A DNA stretch of 64,000 nucleotides from an uncultured Candidatus Saccharibacteria bacterium (GCA_964516975.1 CAZFAS010000001.1:118500-182499), one strand, 5' to 3'. Shown: positions 24,991 through 33,807, numbered from the stretch's first letter. A program made the numbers and translations. The notes: generated by a model not told the origin, from the sequence alone.

Positions 24991-27709
24991 GATACTTTTT
25001 CATTATCTCACCCTCTATTTCGTACCTATCCCTTCCGAACTCCTGATATGAAAGTCGCTTGATCGTCTCAACATCCACATCAGTCTTCGGCGGTGGTGGC
25101 ATTGCCTTCATATTAAACGGCTTTACCGGTTTTCCATTGGCAAGCATTTTTACAAACGCATTGTAATTATCGATGTTTATTATTTCTGAAACAGAAAATA
25201 CAGGCTCAAACTGTTTTACAAGATATTCTGCATCATCAACCCCTACTCGATATGAAATTATAGTACCCACATTTCCAAACACGGCATTCTTGATATTCTC
25301 ATCGAGCTGTCCGATGAACTGATGTGCGATATAGAGAGATAAACGATATTTTCTCGCCTCCGAAAGGATCGTTGCAATAGATGGAGTGGTAATATTCTGA
25401 AACTCATCTATATAGAGATAAAATGGGGGGAAATCTTTTCCGAGCATATCCACTCGTGAAAGTGACGCCATAAGTATCTTTCCAACCAAGATAAGACCGA
25501 TGAGGTTTGCATTGATGTCTCCGAGTCTTCCCTTCGAAAGATTCACGAGGAGGATTTTCTTATTATCCATAATATCGCGGAAGTTAAACGAAGATTTCTC
25601 CTGCGCGATAATCGGACGCATGATCTCATTTGCGAGGAATACATCGAACTTACTTGTGATATATGGCACGATATTTGCAAGAGCTCCTTCCCCGCCAGCT
25701 TTTTCTGCAACTTCATTCCAAAATTGTACGACGATCGGATTTCGACATCGCGATAATTTGAGCTGTCTAAATTCTTTATTTGCGAGCACACGAGAAACAT
25801 CGAGGAGCGTTGAACCCGACTCAGGGTCCTCGATCACGAGCATCGTCGCGTTTCTAAAATACTGTTCGAACATTGGCCCCATTGATTCTGGTACTGCTCC
25901 ATACAGTTTTTGGAAAATACTAAAAAGCTCATTCACTACAAAAGTTTTTTGCTCCGGAAAACGATAATCATACTCGAGCATATTGAGTGCCATCGGCCTA
26001 TCAATAAATGCTGGATCAAAATAGATAACATCTTTCATTCGCTCTGGTGGGACATGTGCTAATACATCCTGAACATCCGATCCATGCGGATCGATCATAC
26101 ATACACCATTACCACGTTCGATGTCCTGAATAATCATATTCTTAAGGAGTGTGGTCTTACCAGTACCTGTTTGTCCGATCGTGTATACATGGCGAAGTCT
26201 ATCTTCATCAGTCAAATACACCTTTGTATCTTGGCCGCGATATGAGTTCACTCCGATAAGGGTTCCAAGCTCAGGAAGCTCATGCGGTGCTGGGGCATAC
26301 CCACTCTTTGCTACCTTGAGCTGACTTGCTCCCTTGAGGGCACTTGTGTGGAAGTGGATAAGAGTAGTGAGTTCTTTAATATTGAGTGGGATAAAATCTG
26401 CCCAATCAAAAGCTCGAAATGCAAATGATCTTATAAACTTCTTCAGCTTTCCACCATTACTGATTCGTGAAAATCGAATACCATTACCCTGCGTCTCATC
26501 GAACTGATTAAAACTCGATTCAAGATCAGCTAAAATACTTTCCGCTCGGTTCTTATCACCGGCAGAAACTACGATCCGAATATTGATAGCACAAATAGGA
26601 CTGCTTAATTTTTTCTGAATTTTTTCTATTGCCTGAGTATCGACTTTCTTCTCTTCTTTTTTTTCATCTTTCTTAGTAGCGCCAAATATAGATTTAAATG
26701 TCTTACCGAGCTCTGTCACAAAAGAATTTTCAGCAGTTGCTTCCTTAGCAGACATGCCTTTTTCTATCTTTTTTATTGCTGATTCATATTTCTGCTTGTA
26801 CGTATCACCCACAGGTCCCATCATCACCTGAAGACATGCTCCCTCACCTTCCTTTTGAATCTTCGAAAAACTATTGAGGATTACATTGAGCGGATCATGA
26901 TCAAAAGACTCATATGTACGCATTTGAAATGCTGGATTTCCGTTCGAATACCCTACTGAACCAAGTGACACGCCTTCTTGGTTGAAGATATTATGATCAT
27001 CATTTTTCTCTGTAACTCGCGCATCATGAAAAATAGATAGGATTTGTTTTTCAAATAAATCCTTTCGTTCATCTGGTACCGCAACATAAAAAATAAACTC
27101 ATCACTACCATTACTATTTGCGATTTCAAGAGTAATATAATCTCGTTTATTATATTCATCACCAGAAATGGATGTCATACCGGCATAAAACTGCTCCATA
27201 CCAGAGATAAGCTCTTTTAACCCTCTTTGCTGTTCATCAGATCCTTGCGGAAGTACTACTTCATAAAGTGTCATGCGAAGTGCTCGTGAAAGTGGAGCTC
27301 TTGTGGGTAATCCTTTAACTTCAAAACCTTTTTTTACATACTGCACGAGAAATCGATGGAAATCATCTTCGACATGAACATCGCCAAGCTTTTCGATAAT
27401 AGCTAAAGTATTCTTTATCCCCTTTTGATTGAGCAAAATTAAAAGTTCATCCATTTTCTTGTCATGTGGTTCAGGAGAAAGATTGAGCGCAAGCGCATGG
27501 ATTGTGTCTTGTGTAAGCGCATGATGAGCATGCAAGATAGTATGAGGCTGTAAATTGTATTCTTTAAGTTTCTCTCCGATAACCTTATCCCGCGAAACTT
27601 CGTTTCCTGATTCACGGAGGAAACGTTCCTGTTTCAATACTTCATTTTTAATATGAGAAATTTCCTCTTCTTTTGTCCGAAGTGATTCCAATCTTGTTTC
27701 TGGTTCCAT
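24983..27709 (-). CDS. large P-loop ATPase of HerA/FtsK/TraD(VirD4)-like superfamily with ~480-aa N-terminal domain of unknown function
   Basis: Walker A GQTGTGKTT then MIDPHGSDV (HerA/AAA_10-like); Walker B ...YLYIDEFQN; C-terminal TraD/TraG-like region. Confidence 0.7.
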   Translation of the reverse strand: MEPETRLESLRTKEEEISHIKNEVLKQERFLRESGNEVSRDKVIGEKLKEYNLQPHTILHAHHALTQDTIHALALNLSPEPHDKKMDELLILLNQKGIKNTLAIIEKLGDVHVEDDFHRFLVQYVKKGFEVKGLPTRAPLSRALRMTLYEVVLPQGSDEQQRGLKELISGMEQFYAGMTSISGDEYNKRDYITLEIANSNGSDEFIFYVAVPDERKDLFEKQILSIFHDARVTEKNDDHNIFNQEGVSLGSVGYSNGNPAFQMRTYESFDHDPLNVILNSFSKIQKEGEGACLQVMMGPVGDTYKQKYESAIKKIEKGMSAKEATAENSFVTELGKTFKSIFGATKKDEKKEEKKVDTQAIEKIQKKLSSPICAINIRIVVSAGDKNRAESILADLESSFNQFDETQGNGIRFSRISNGGKLKKFIRSFAFRAFDWADFIPLNIKELTTLIHFHTSALKGASQLKVAKSGYAPAPHELPELGTLIGVNSYRGQDTKVYLTDEDRLRHVYTIGQTGTGKTTLLKNMIIQDIERGNGVCMIDPHGSDVQDVLAHVPPERMKDVIYFDPAFIDRPMALNMLEYDYRFPEQKTFVVNELFSIFQKLYGAVPESMGPMFEQYFRNATMLVIEDPESGSTLLDVSRVLANKEFRQLKLSRCRNPIVVQFWNEVAEKAGGEGALANIVPYITSKFDVFLANEIMRPIIAQEKSSFNFRDIMDNKKILLVNLSKGRLGDINANLIGLILVGKILMASLSRVDMLGKDFPPFYLYIDEFQNITTPSIATILSEARKYRLSLYIAHQFIGQLDENIKNAVFGNVGTIISYRVGVDDAEYLVKQFEPVFSVSEIINIDNYNAFVKMLANGKPVKPFNMKAMPPPPKTDVDVETIKRLSYQEFGRDRYEIEGEIMKKYQK

Positions 27710-27749
27710 ATAGGAAAATTATACCACCTTAACCTAGATATATCTGTGC

Positions 27750-27786
27750 AAAAAAACACCCCCGACAAGTCGGGGGTGTTTTTTAA
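27750..27786. terminator. bidirectional rho-independent terminator
   Basis: aaaaaaCACCCCCGACaaGTCGGGGGTGtttttt. Confidence 0.65.
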
Positions 27787-27968
27787 CTTTGGTTTTCCTT
27801 ATAACTTTGTACCTCATCAGTAAGCTCTTCAATTGTCGCGAATTCTCGCAATTCACCACTCGGTGTCACCCATCGAAATGGTTTCATTTCTCCCTCAAAT
27901 TTATTCTGTGTATCCTCTGGATTAAAACCGCTTTGTGAAGACTCTGCTGTTTCAAGATTTTCACTCAT
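27783..27968 (-). CDS. small acidic hypothetical protein
   Basis: 61-aa ORF upstream of ATPase on same strand. Confidence 0.3.
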   Translation of the reverse strand: MSENLETAESSQSGFNPEDTQNKFEGEMKPFRWVTPSGELREFATIEELTDEVQSYKENQS

Positions 27969-28068
27969 ATAATAAATATTGACTTAACTATACTAATGTG
28001 TTAAATTGTAGCGCAGAAAATACCTCAGAGTCAAGCTCATTTATACACTTATCGAAGAGGATACCTCT

Positions 28069-28671
28069 ATGCCCGCAGATTTGAATGCGGGCATGATGCC
28101 CGACTTCATACTACCCAACACATTGCGTGAACTACGCGCAATGATCCCCGAAGATCGCTACCTCTCAATCGTTGAAGATGACCTCTCAGATGAATATTTG
28201 AGAGTAAAACTCAAGGAGCTCGAGTGGCTAGCCGAAGTTAGCAGTGATCCAATTCTGCTAACTATTCACTCTGAAGGTGGTCATCTCGGAAGAGCCAGGG
28301 ATATTTCAAGGTTCCTCAGAACAACAGAAGTACCAGTGATCGGTGTCGCAGCACGACATTGCTACTCAAGTGCCTTACTCATCCTACTTGGGTGCAAGTA
28401 CAGAGTAGCGAGCAGTAGTGCGACATTCCTCGTCCACAATCCTGTTGTGAGATTTGCTTTCGAAATCAATGGAAGTGTTACGAGAGCAAAGCTTCACACC
28501 CTTGTTGACTCTGCGTTTGATCATTTCGAGTCGGAGCAACGGGTAGTTCGTGATCTTGTCTCATCATGCTCGTTTCTTGAGCAAGATAAGGTGTTTGAAA
28601 TCATGAACAAAGGAGAAATACTTAGCGCTCAAACTGCATTTGAGTATGGCTTCCTCGATAAGGTGTACTAG
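28069..28671 (+). CDS. ClpP-family (S14-like) serine peptidase homologue
   Basis: ...ILLTIHSEGGHLG...VIGVAARHCYSSALLILLGCKYRVASSSATFLVHNP... aligns to ClpP Ser/His region; slightly GC-enriched. Confidence 0.6.
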   Translation: MPADLNAGMMPDFILPNTLRELRAMIPEDRYLSIVEDDLSDEYLRVKLKELEWLAEVSSDPILLTIHSEGGHLGRARDISRFLRTTEVPVIGVAARHCYSSALLILLGCKYRVASSSATFLVHNPVVRFAFEINGSVTRAKLHTLVDSAFDHFESEQRVVRDLVSSCSFLEQDKVFEIMNKGEILSAQTAFEYGFLDKVY

Positions 28672-28675
28672 CACG

Positions 28676-28707
28676 CGCCGTCCTGCACAGCAGGACGGCG
28701 TTTTTTT
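28676..28707 (+). terminator. rho-independent terminator
   Basis: CGCCGTCCTGCacaGCAGGACGGCG + T7. Confidence 0.7.
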
Positions 28708-28709
28708 AT

Positions 28710-28737
28710 TTGACAAAACAAAATTTGATGATATAAT
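28710..28737 (+). promoter_or_regulatory. sigma70-like promoter (TTGACA-16-TATAAT)
   Basis: directly abuts terminator T-run; drives lipoprotein gene. Confidence 0.55.
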
Positions 28738-28766
28738 TGCTTCAAACGTTCATTCAAGGAGGTAGT

Positions 28767-29141
28767 ATGAAGACCCTGAAGGCAATCCTGTACCTGATCA
28801 CCATCATCGTTCTCGGTGCATGCGGGAATGTGTGGGAACAAGCTCGGTTTGAGCTTGTGATCATCAATCATAGCTCTGATGAGCTCATGATTACGGTCAA
28901 CGGTCGTGCCGTTGATCCCACAACGAAGGGTAATGAGACCCACCGTTACACTCCACGAGTCATCGTGGAGCAGCAGTACTACTACAACAACGGCTACTCG
29001 CCCGAGCCGCCAAAGTGTGCCACCTACATCGATGTTGTTGCGAAGAATCTTCGCAACAACGTACAGGTGCACAAGACCCTCTCAAGGGTCTGTCAGGACG
29101 AGACTCTCTCGCTCGATTTCTATTCGAACGAGTTCAAGTAG
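28767..29141 (+). CDS. small lipoprotein (lipobox LGAC)
   Basis: MKTLKAILYLITIIVLGAC signal/lipobox with AAGGAGG SD; ~52% GC; start at MKTLK not ORF-track start. Confidence 0.55.
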   Translation: MKTLKAILYLITIIVLGACGNVWEQARFELVIINHSSDELMITVNGRAVDPTTKGNETHRYTPRVIVEQQYYYNNGYSPEPPKCATYIDVVAKNLRNNVQVHKTLSRVCQDETLSLDFYSNEFK

Positions 29142-29149
29142 CCCCCGCC

Positions 29150-29192
29150 CCGCCCCGCAAGCTTTGCTTGCGGGGCTTCTTTTATATTTTTA
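29150..29192. terminator. rho-independent terminator
   Basis: CCCCGCAAGCtttgCTTGCGGGG + CTTCTTTTATATTTTT. Confidence 0.55.
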
Positions 29193-29442
29193 CCCCCTCC
29201 TCTCTTAAAAGTTGCAATTTTGTCTTGCCACGTAGGCTATTATACCCGCCCACTTTTCCATCAGAGCGGATCACTCTATGACATGGGACTTTTGTATCGC
29301 TATTTTTCGACAGGATAGTTCCCACTGCCCGTTGTGCATTGGGCCTTCCTGCGATCAATGCAACTTGTTTGTATGTTAATGTCTTCCCTTTTGGAATTTT
29401 CTTCACTACAGCATATACATGTTCTGCAAAAGTTTTATACAT
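29182..29442 (-). CDS. MGMT-family DNA-binding domain protein (O6-alkylguanine-DNA alkyltransferase C-terminal domain, PCHRV)
   Basis: ...KVPCHRVIRSDGKVGGY... active-site motif; only C-terminal domain present (~86 aa). Confidence 0.75.
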   Translation of the reverse strand: MYKTFAEHVYAVVKKIPKGKTLTYKQVALIAGRPNAQRAVGTILSKNSDTKVPCHRVIRSDGKVGGYNSLRGKTKLQLLREEGVKI

Positions 29443-29460
29443 AAAAAAAGTATAACAAAA

Positions 29461-29482
29461 GGCCAGCATTTCTGCTGGCCCA
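29461..29482 (-). terminator. rho-independent terminator (minus strand)
   Basis: GGCCAGCAtttcTGCTGGCC then TTTTGTTATAC on minus strand. Confidence 0.5.
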
Positions 29483-29486
29483 CATA

Positions 29487-29858
29487 CTACTTTTTCCCTT
29501 TCTTACTGAGTTCATCTGCCCGATGATACAGCGCCTTCGCATAGGTGCGAAGCGCACGAGGATTATCGAGTATTCCCGAATTAAGCTTTCGAATATTCTT
29601 GCTGATGACAACAACCATCTTTCGAATGATCTTGTCACCCTCAAGAGAGGTGTACACATGGAAGTGCAGACTCGCAGTATCCTTACTGCGAACAAAGAAA
29701 TCTCTTCGGTCTGGTGAAACTTCCCACACCTTGATAGATTCTCGACCAATCCGAACCTTTCTCACTTGTGGCGAGAGCTGATCATCAAGTTCTCGAGCAA
29801 ACACTTCGTTCGTGTGTGCATCGAGAGGTTCCAAAAACCACAGTCTCTTTCTGCGCAT
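29487..29858 (-). CDS. hypothetical protein
   Basis: 123-aa basic ORF; no family recognised. Confidence 0.4.
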   Translation of the reverse strand: MRRKRLWFLEPLDAHTNEVFARELDDQLSPQVRKVRIGRESIKVWEVSPDRRDFFVRSKDTASLHFHVYTSLEGDKIIRKMVVVISKNIRKLNSGILDNPRALRTYAKALYHRADELSKKGKK

Positions 29859-29932
29859 ATCTCCTCCGAACTTAAGGGTGAAGTTACGATCTAAAAATAC
29901 AATAACACATTATGTAGAATTGTAAAGTATAA

Positions 29933-30547
29933 TTACTGAATGTAACCTTTCATAGCGCGAAACACTCGGTCAGCAATAATCGCATAACCTGCATCATTTG
30001 GATGAACTTCATCTGACATATATTCTTTATGTGCAAAAAGACCATCAAGCACATCGCTCACATACACTGCTCCTGTTTCTTGTGCAAGCTTTGCATATTC
30101 ATCTTCGTAGTGGTCACTGAGGATTCCTCCACGTACACCAAGGAGCACTACCATCACCCCTCTTAATTGAAGCCTACTTATTATGTTTCTTAAATTTTGA
30201 AATGTCTGTGCCTTTGGAACCTTCTTTAAGTAGTCATTCCCACCAAAAAGCAAAATCACTGTGCCAGGACTCCGATCCAGTATATCTTGCACTCGTGATA
30301 ATCCATCTGATGATGTCTCTCCAGAGACCCCAAGGTTTATAATCGGCTTACCGAGTTTCTCTGCTAGTAGCGATACGAAACCTCTATCTTGAGTTGCACC
30401 ATATCCAACTACAAGACTATCTCCAAATGCAACGATCGTGGCATTTCTTGGTGGGTAATTTTTTATATTTTGTTTTCTTGGTATAAAAAAATATATTCCC
30501 AAAATAAGAGCAAGTACAAAAATAATTACAATATACTTTCTATTCAT
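29933..30547 (-). CDS. SGNH/GDSL-family hydrolase (arylesterase-like), membrane-anchored
   Basis: blocks FGDSL, GGNDY, DxxHP. Confidence 0.75.
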   Translation of the reverse strand: MNRKYIVIIFVLALILGIYFFIPRKQNIKNYPPRNATIVAFGDSLVVGYGATQDRGFVSLLAEKLGKPIINLGVSGETSSDGLSRVQDILDRSPGTVILLFGGNDYLKKVPKAQTFQNLRNIISRLQLRGVMVVLLGVRGGILSDHYEDEYAKLAQETGAVYVSDVLDGLFAHKEYMSDEVHPNDAGYAIIADRVFRAMKGYIQ

Positions 30548-30616
30548 ATCACAATTCTACAGTAAATTTTTGAATACAAAACAGCCCATCTGCGTAGCAG
30601 ATGGGCTGTACAATTT

Positions 30617-31390
30617 CTATACTAAAGACAAAGCGGCTTGTGCCTTGTCGATCTCTTCATAAGTACGCAAGACAGCTTCACGTGGATCCTTCGCTTGTGT
30701 AATGGGTCTTCCCACTACAATACGGTCAGCTCCAGCGAGCATTGCCTGCTCAGGTGTCATAATCCGTGACTTATCTTGATCATCACCCTCAACAATAGAC
30801 CATGCTGGCCGAATTGCAGGAGTGATAATCTCTGTGACAGTCGGAATAAGATCACGAATGAGCCTTGCTTCTTGTGCAGAACACACAAAACCAGTGAGTC
30901 CTGCCTGAGAAGCAGAAAATGCAAGATTTTGCACTGCAGTCTGAATGGTTGCATTATGAATCATCCGCGACTCTCTCTCACCAATTGCAGTGAGCACCGT
31001 CACACCAAGGACAATCGTACTTGGCAATTCATCCTTGAGCGCTTTGATTGAAGCTTGTCCAGCATTACACATCACAGTGACAAAATCTGGAGCAATTGTA
31101 TCGAGCCCCAAGAACCTTGCATCATTTCGAAGTGTCGCAGGGATATCGCACAACTTCAGATCTGCGAAGAATTTATTTCCGCCCTGCTCAACTATTGCAG
31201 ATAACTCTCGAATCATCGCATATCCGAAAAACCTGATGACAGAATTGAATTTCAAAATGACACCAGTTCCATCGAGCGATTCGATGATTCGATTTATGTC
31301 TGAAACAATCTCACCCGTACTGTTGTAATTCGATGGGTCGATGTCAATGGCGACTATGAGTCGCTCATTTGGCTCCAAGACCTTTCGCAT
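30617..31390 (-). CDS. pyrF: orotidine 5'-phosphate decarboxylase
   Basis: IVAIDI..., KLCDIP, GRPIT motifs. Confidence 0.85.
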   Translation of the reverse strand: MRKVLEPNERLIVAIDIDPSNYNSTGEIVSDINRIIESLDGTGVILKFNSVIRFFGYAMIRELSAIVEQGGNKFFADLKLCDIPATLRNDARFLGLDTIAPDFVTVMCNAGQASIKALKDELPSTIVLGVTVLTAIGERESRMIHNATIQTAVQNLAFSASQAGLTGFVCSAQEARLIRDLIPTVTEIITPAIRPAWSIVEGDDQDKSRIMTPEQAMLAGADRIVVGRPITQAKDPREAVLRTYEEIDKAQAALSLV

Positions 31391-31405
31391 ACGCTGTCTC
31401 CTCAG

Positions 31406-32071
31406 TTAGTAGCGCGCGTTTAAGCGCTGCCAGTTGTCGTTGTGCTTCGGACGAAGCGCCTCAGAACCCTGCAAACACAGTGGGCAAATTTCACTCACCC
31501 ATGTCGGCATGGAGCGATCGATAAGAGCAATGATTTTCTTTCCGTTTACTTCAGAAAGTCCTGTCCGATTCACAAGAACGAGAACGAAAGGAAGACACTT
31601 TGCATCAAGGCCTTTTACCGCCTTCACAACAAGGTCAACGCTTCTCCCAGTAGTAAGAACATCTTCCGCAAGGAGAACATTATGTGCATCCTTGATCGAT
31701 GTCTTGTTGAAATACATGCCGCCATCTTCAGTTTTTTCTGTATATGCACGCGAGCAAGGGTATCTACGGCGTTTGCTGATACGTCTTGCGATCTCATGCA
31801 CAAGAGTGATTGCTCCCATGGCAGGTCCGACAACACAATCAACGCTATCTAAATCAAACGATTGATTTTCTAGAGCCTGGACAAGCGCCCCACATGCATC
31901 CTCAAGCAACAGTGGATCACGCATTACTTCTTCACTATTGAAGAACCCCGATGAATGCAGACCTGATCGCAATAGTGCATGTGGCCTGCTCGGATTACCG
32001 TCATGAATCCACAGTGCACCCCTTTTTTCATATGCGTCGATCCACTCGTTCTCAATGTCTTGCAAAATCAT
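31406..32071 (-). CDS. pyrE: orotate phosphoribosyltransferase
   Basis: PRTase motif VLLAEDVLTTG; promoter TTGACC-17-TAATGT and CAGGAGGA SD upstream. Confidence 0.85.
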   Translation of the reverse strand: MILQDIENEWIDAYEKRGALWIHDGNPSRPHALLRSGLHSSGFFNSEEVMRDPLLLEDACGALVQALENQSFDLDSVDCVVGPAMGAITLVHEIARRISKRRRYPCSRAYTEKTEDGGMYFNKTSIKDAHNVLLAEDVLTTGRSVDLVVKAVKGLDAKCLPFVLVLVNRTGLSEVNGKKIIALIDRSMPTWVSEICPLCLQGSEALRPKHNDNWQRLNARY

Positions 32072-32162
32072 GCATCCTCCTGTGTATAGATTTGTACAAC
32101 AATGAACTGCAAACCCCGAAACACATTAGTAGAAATACCCAATTTGGTCAATATAAACAAAA

Positions 32163-32205
32163 ACCCCGTACCATAGAAGCACGGGGCTTGATGGTACGGG
32201 GTAAC
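32163..32205 (-). terminator. rho-independent terminator with alternative stems
   Basis: CCCCGTAC...GTACGGGG with nested CCCCGT/ACGGGG option, T5 on minus strand. Confidence 0.5.
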
Positions 32206-32208
32206 GCA

Positions 32209-32427
32209 CTAACAGTTCGGTGGCGAGAGAGCGAGCTGCTTCTCGGCCAAATCAAAGCCGAGATTGTAGGAAGCACTGCGTCCGTCTTCACGGGCGCAAT
32301 ACGCTGCAGCTATGAAACGCCCTGCGTAATACTCCCGCAGGGCAATCGTGAATGCCAAACCTTTTTCAACGGTCTCGGGACACCCGTTCAGATGCCCGAC
32401 CTCTTCCTCGCAGTACTTGCACTTCAT
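32209..32427 (-). CDS. small Cys-rich (zinc-ribbon-like) protein
   Basis: 72 aa, MKCKYCEEEVGHLNGCPE..., ~58% GC. Confidence 0.4.
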   Translation of the reverse strand: MKCKYCEEEVGHLNGCPETVEKGLAFTIALREYYAGRFIAAAYCAREDGRSASYNLGFDLAEKQLALSPPNC

Positions 32428-32562
32428 GTGCGCTCCAGGTTAAAGAACTGACAATATAGTAGCATATTATATACAAAATGTCAATCTACATTATCGTGGC
32501 TAATTACACTTTATAAAATCAAGTAGATTTTTTGCTATATTTTGCTATTCTTCATTCCACAT

Positions 32563-32610
32563 GGCCCTATCGTCTAACGGTCATGATTGGACTCTCAAGC
32601 GCTTAAGAGG
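32563..32610 (+). pseudogene. degenerate 5' fragment of a tRNA-Glu-like gene
   Basis: first 19 nt identical to tRNA-Glu at 32744, D and anticodon stems no longer pair. Confidence 0.45.
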
Positions 32611-32629
32611 GGTGAGAAGCGAACACTTG

Positions 32630-32720
32630 GAGCTTCGCAAGACCGGAGCGCGACGGCGCGAGGTATGGTCAGGAGCAAAGTCAGCAGACTTTGACTCATG
32701 ACCGATGAACCGGAATCGGG
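32630..32720 (+). repeat. GC-rich structured repeat E1
   Basis: ~80-nt similarity to 32880-32977 incl. CGCG-ACGG-CGCG hairpin and AAAGTC-agca-GACTTT stem. Confidence 0.5.
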
Positions 32721-32743
32721 TTTTAATAATTTATGTTTATATT

Positions 32744-32818
32744 GGCCCTATCGTCTAACGGTTAGGACAAGGCCTTCTCAAGGCTTAAATCGGGGTTCGA
32801 TTCCCCGTAGGGTCACCA
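32744..32818 (+). tRNA. tRNA-Glu (anticodon CUC), CCA encoded
   Basis: cloverleaf: acceptor GGCCCTA/TAGGGTC, D GTCT/GGAC, anticodon loop TTCTCAA, T arm CGGGG-TTCGATT-CCCCG, discriminator A. Confidence 0.85.
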
Positions 32819-32879
32819 AATATTACGAAGTAATATGTGTGATTTTTAAACACGCTGGGAGCTTGTTTAAAAAGAATCG

Positions 32880-32977
32880 AAAGCCGGAGCGCGACGGCGC
32901 GAGGCGGGGTCGCGAGCAAAGTTAGCAAACTTTGACTTGTGACCGAAGCGTACTCGCGTTTCCCCGTAGGGTCACCA
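32880..32977 (+). repeat. GC-rich structured repeat E2
   Basis: partner of E1; stem AAAGTT-agca-AACTTT shows compensatory C>T/G>A change relative to E1. Confidence 0.5.
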
Positions 32978-32995
32978 ATCGAAACCTTTTACATT
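32978..32995 (+). other. duplicated 3' end of tRNA (TTCCCCGTAGGGTCACCA), att-core-like
   Basis: 18 nt identical to 3' end of tRNA-Glu at 32801-32818. Confidence 0.5.
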
Positions 32996-32997
32996 TG

Positions 32998-33807
32998 CTA
33001 CTTCCTCCCCTTCACTATCCGAATAAAATCACGCATTGTTTGAGGGGCAAAATATCCCGGAAGATCATATGAATCTTCCCATGTATATAAAGTTTTATTA
33101 TGTGTGCCTCTCGCTGAAATATACCCCGCTTCATTTACTACCGTCATAATCTCTTTATTCATATCTCCAAAAGGATACGCAAAGCTTGTAACACGTGATC
33201 CGAGCTTTTTCTCAAGCAATTCTTTACTTCTTAAGATTTCCTCTCTCATCTCATCAGTATTCAACCTCGAAAGGAATGGGTGCGAAAGTGAGTGACTCCC
33301 AAACGACATACCTCCTGCCTTCATTTCTCGTATTTCATCCCAAGTTAGAAATCGGTAATCTTTTCCAATAGGATTTGTATATACGTAGAAAGTTGCAACT
33401 TGTCCGTACTGTTTAAGGAGTGGATATACACGTACATATTGATCCTGCCAACCGTCATCAAATGTAAGTGCAACCAATTTCTTTTCTGTAGTTGTGCCAA
33501 ATTGCAAATATTCTTCTAACTCACCCATAGTGATTGTTACATATCCATTATCACGAAGGTACCTTAGCTGTTCTTCAAATATTTCTGGTGGAACATTGTA
33601 TTGTATTTGTTCCTGCGTCTCTCCTTCACGGAGTGGATGTACCGAATGGTATACCAAAACCGGAATATCTAAAGGAAATAATTGACTTGCGGTTCGTGCA
33701 CTAGCTTTAATCTGAACTGGCAAATCAACTAAAAACGGATGCATGAGAAAAAAAGTGATTGCAAGTAATGAGCATTGTATAAGTACTGTAATCCTAGATT
33801 TATCCAT
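32998..33807 (-). CDS. polysaccharide deacetylase (NodB homology domain)
   Basis: signal/TM then ALTFDDGWQD..., HSLSHP motifs. Confidence 0.8.
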   Translation of the reverse strand: MDKSRITVLIQCSLLAITFFLMHPFLVDLPVQIKASARTASQLFPLDIPVLVYHSVHPLREGETQEQIQYNVPPEIFEEQLRYLRDNGYVTITMGELEEYLQFGTTTEKKLVALTFDDGWQDQYVRVYPLLKQYGQVATFYVYTNPIGKDYRFLTWDEIREMKAGGMSFGSHSLSHPFLSRLNTDEMREEILRSKELLEKKLGSRVTSFAYPFGDMNKEIMTVVNEAGYISARGTHNKTLYTWEDSYDLPGYFAPQTMRDFIRIVKGRK

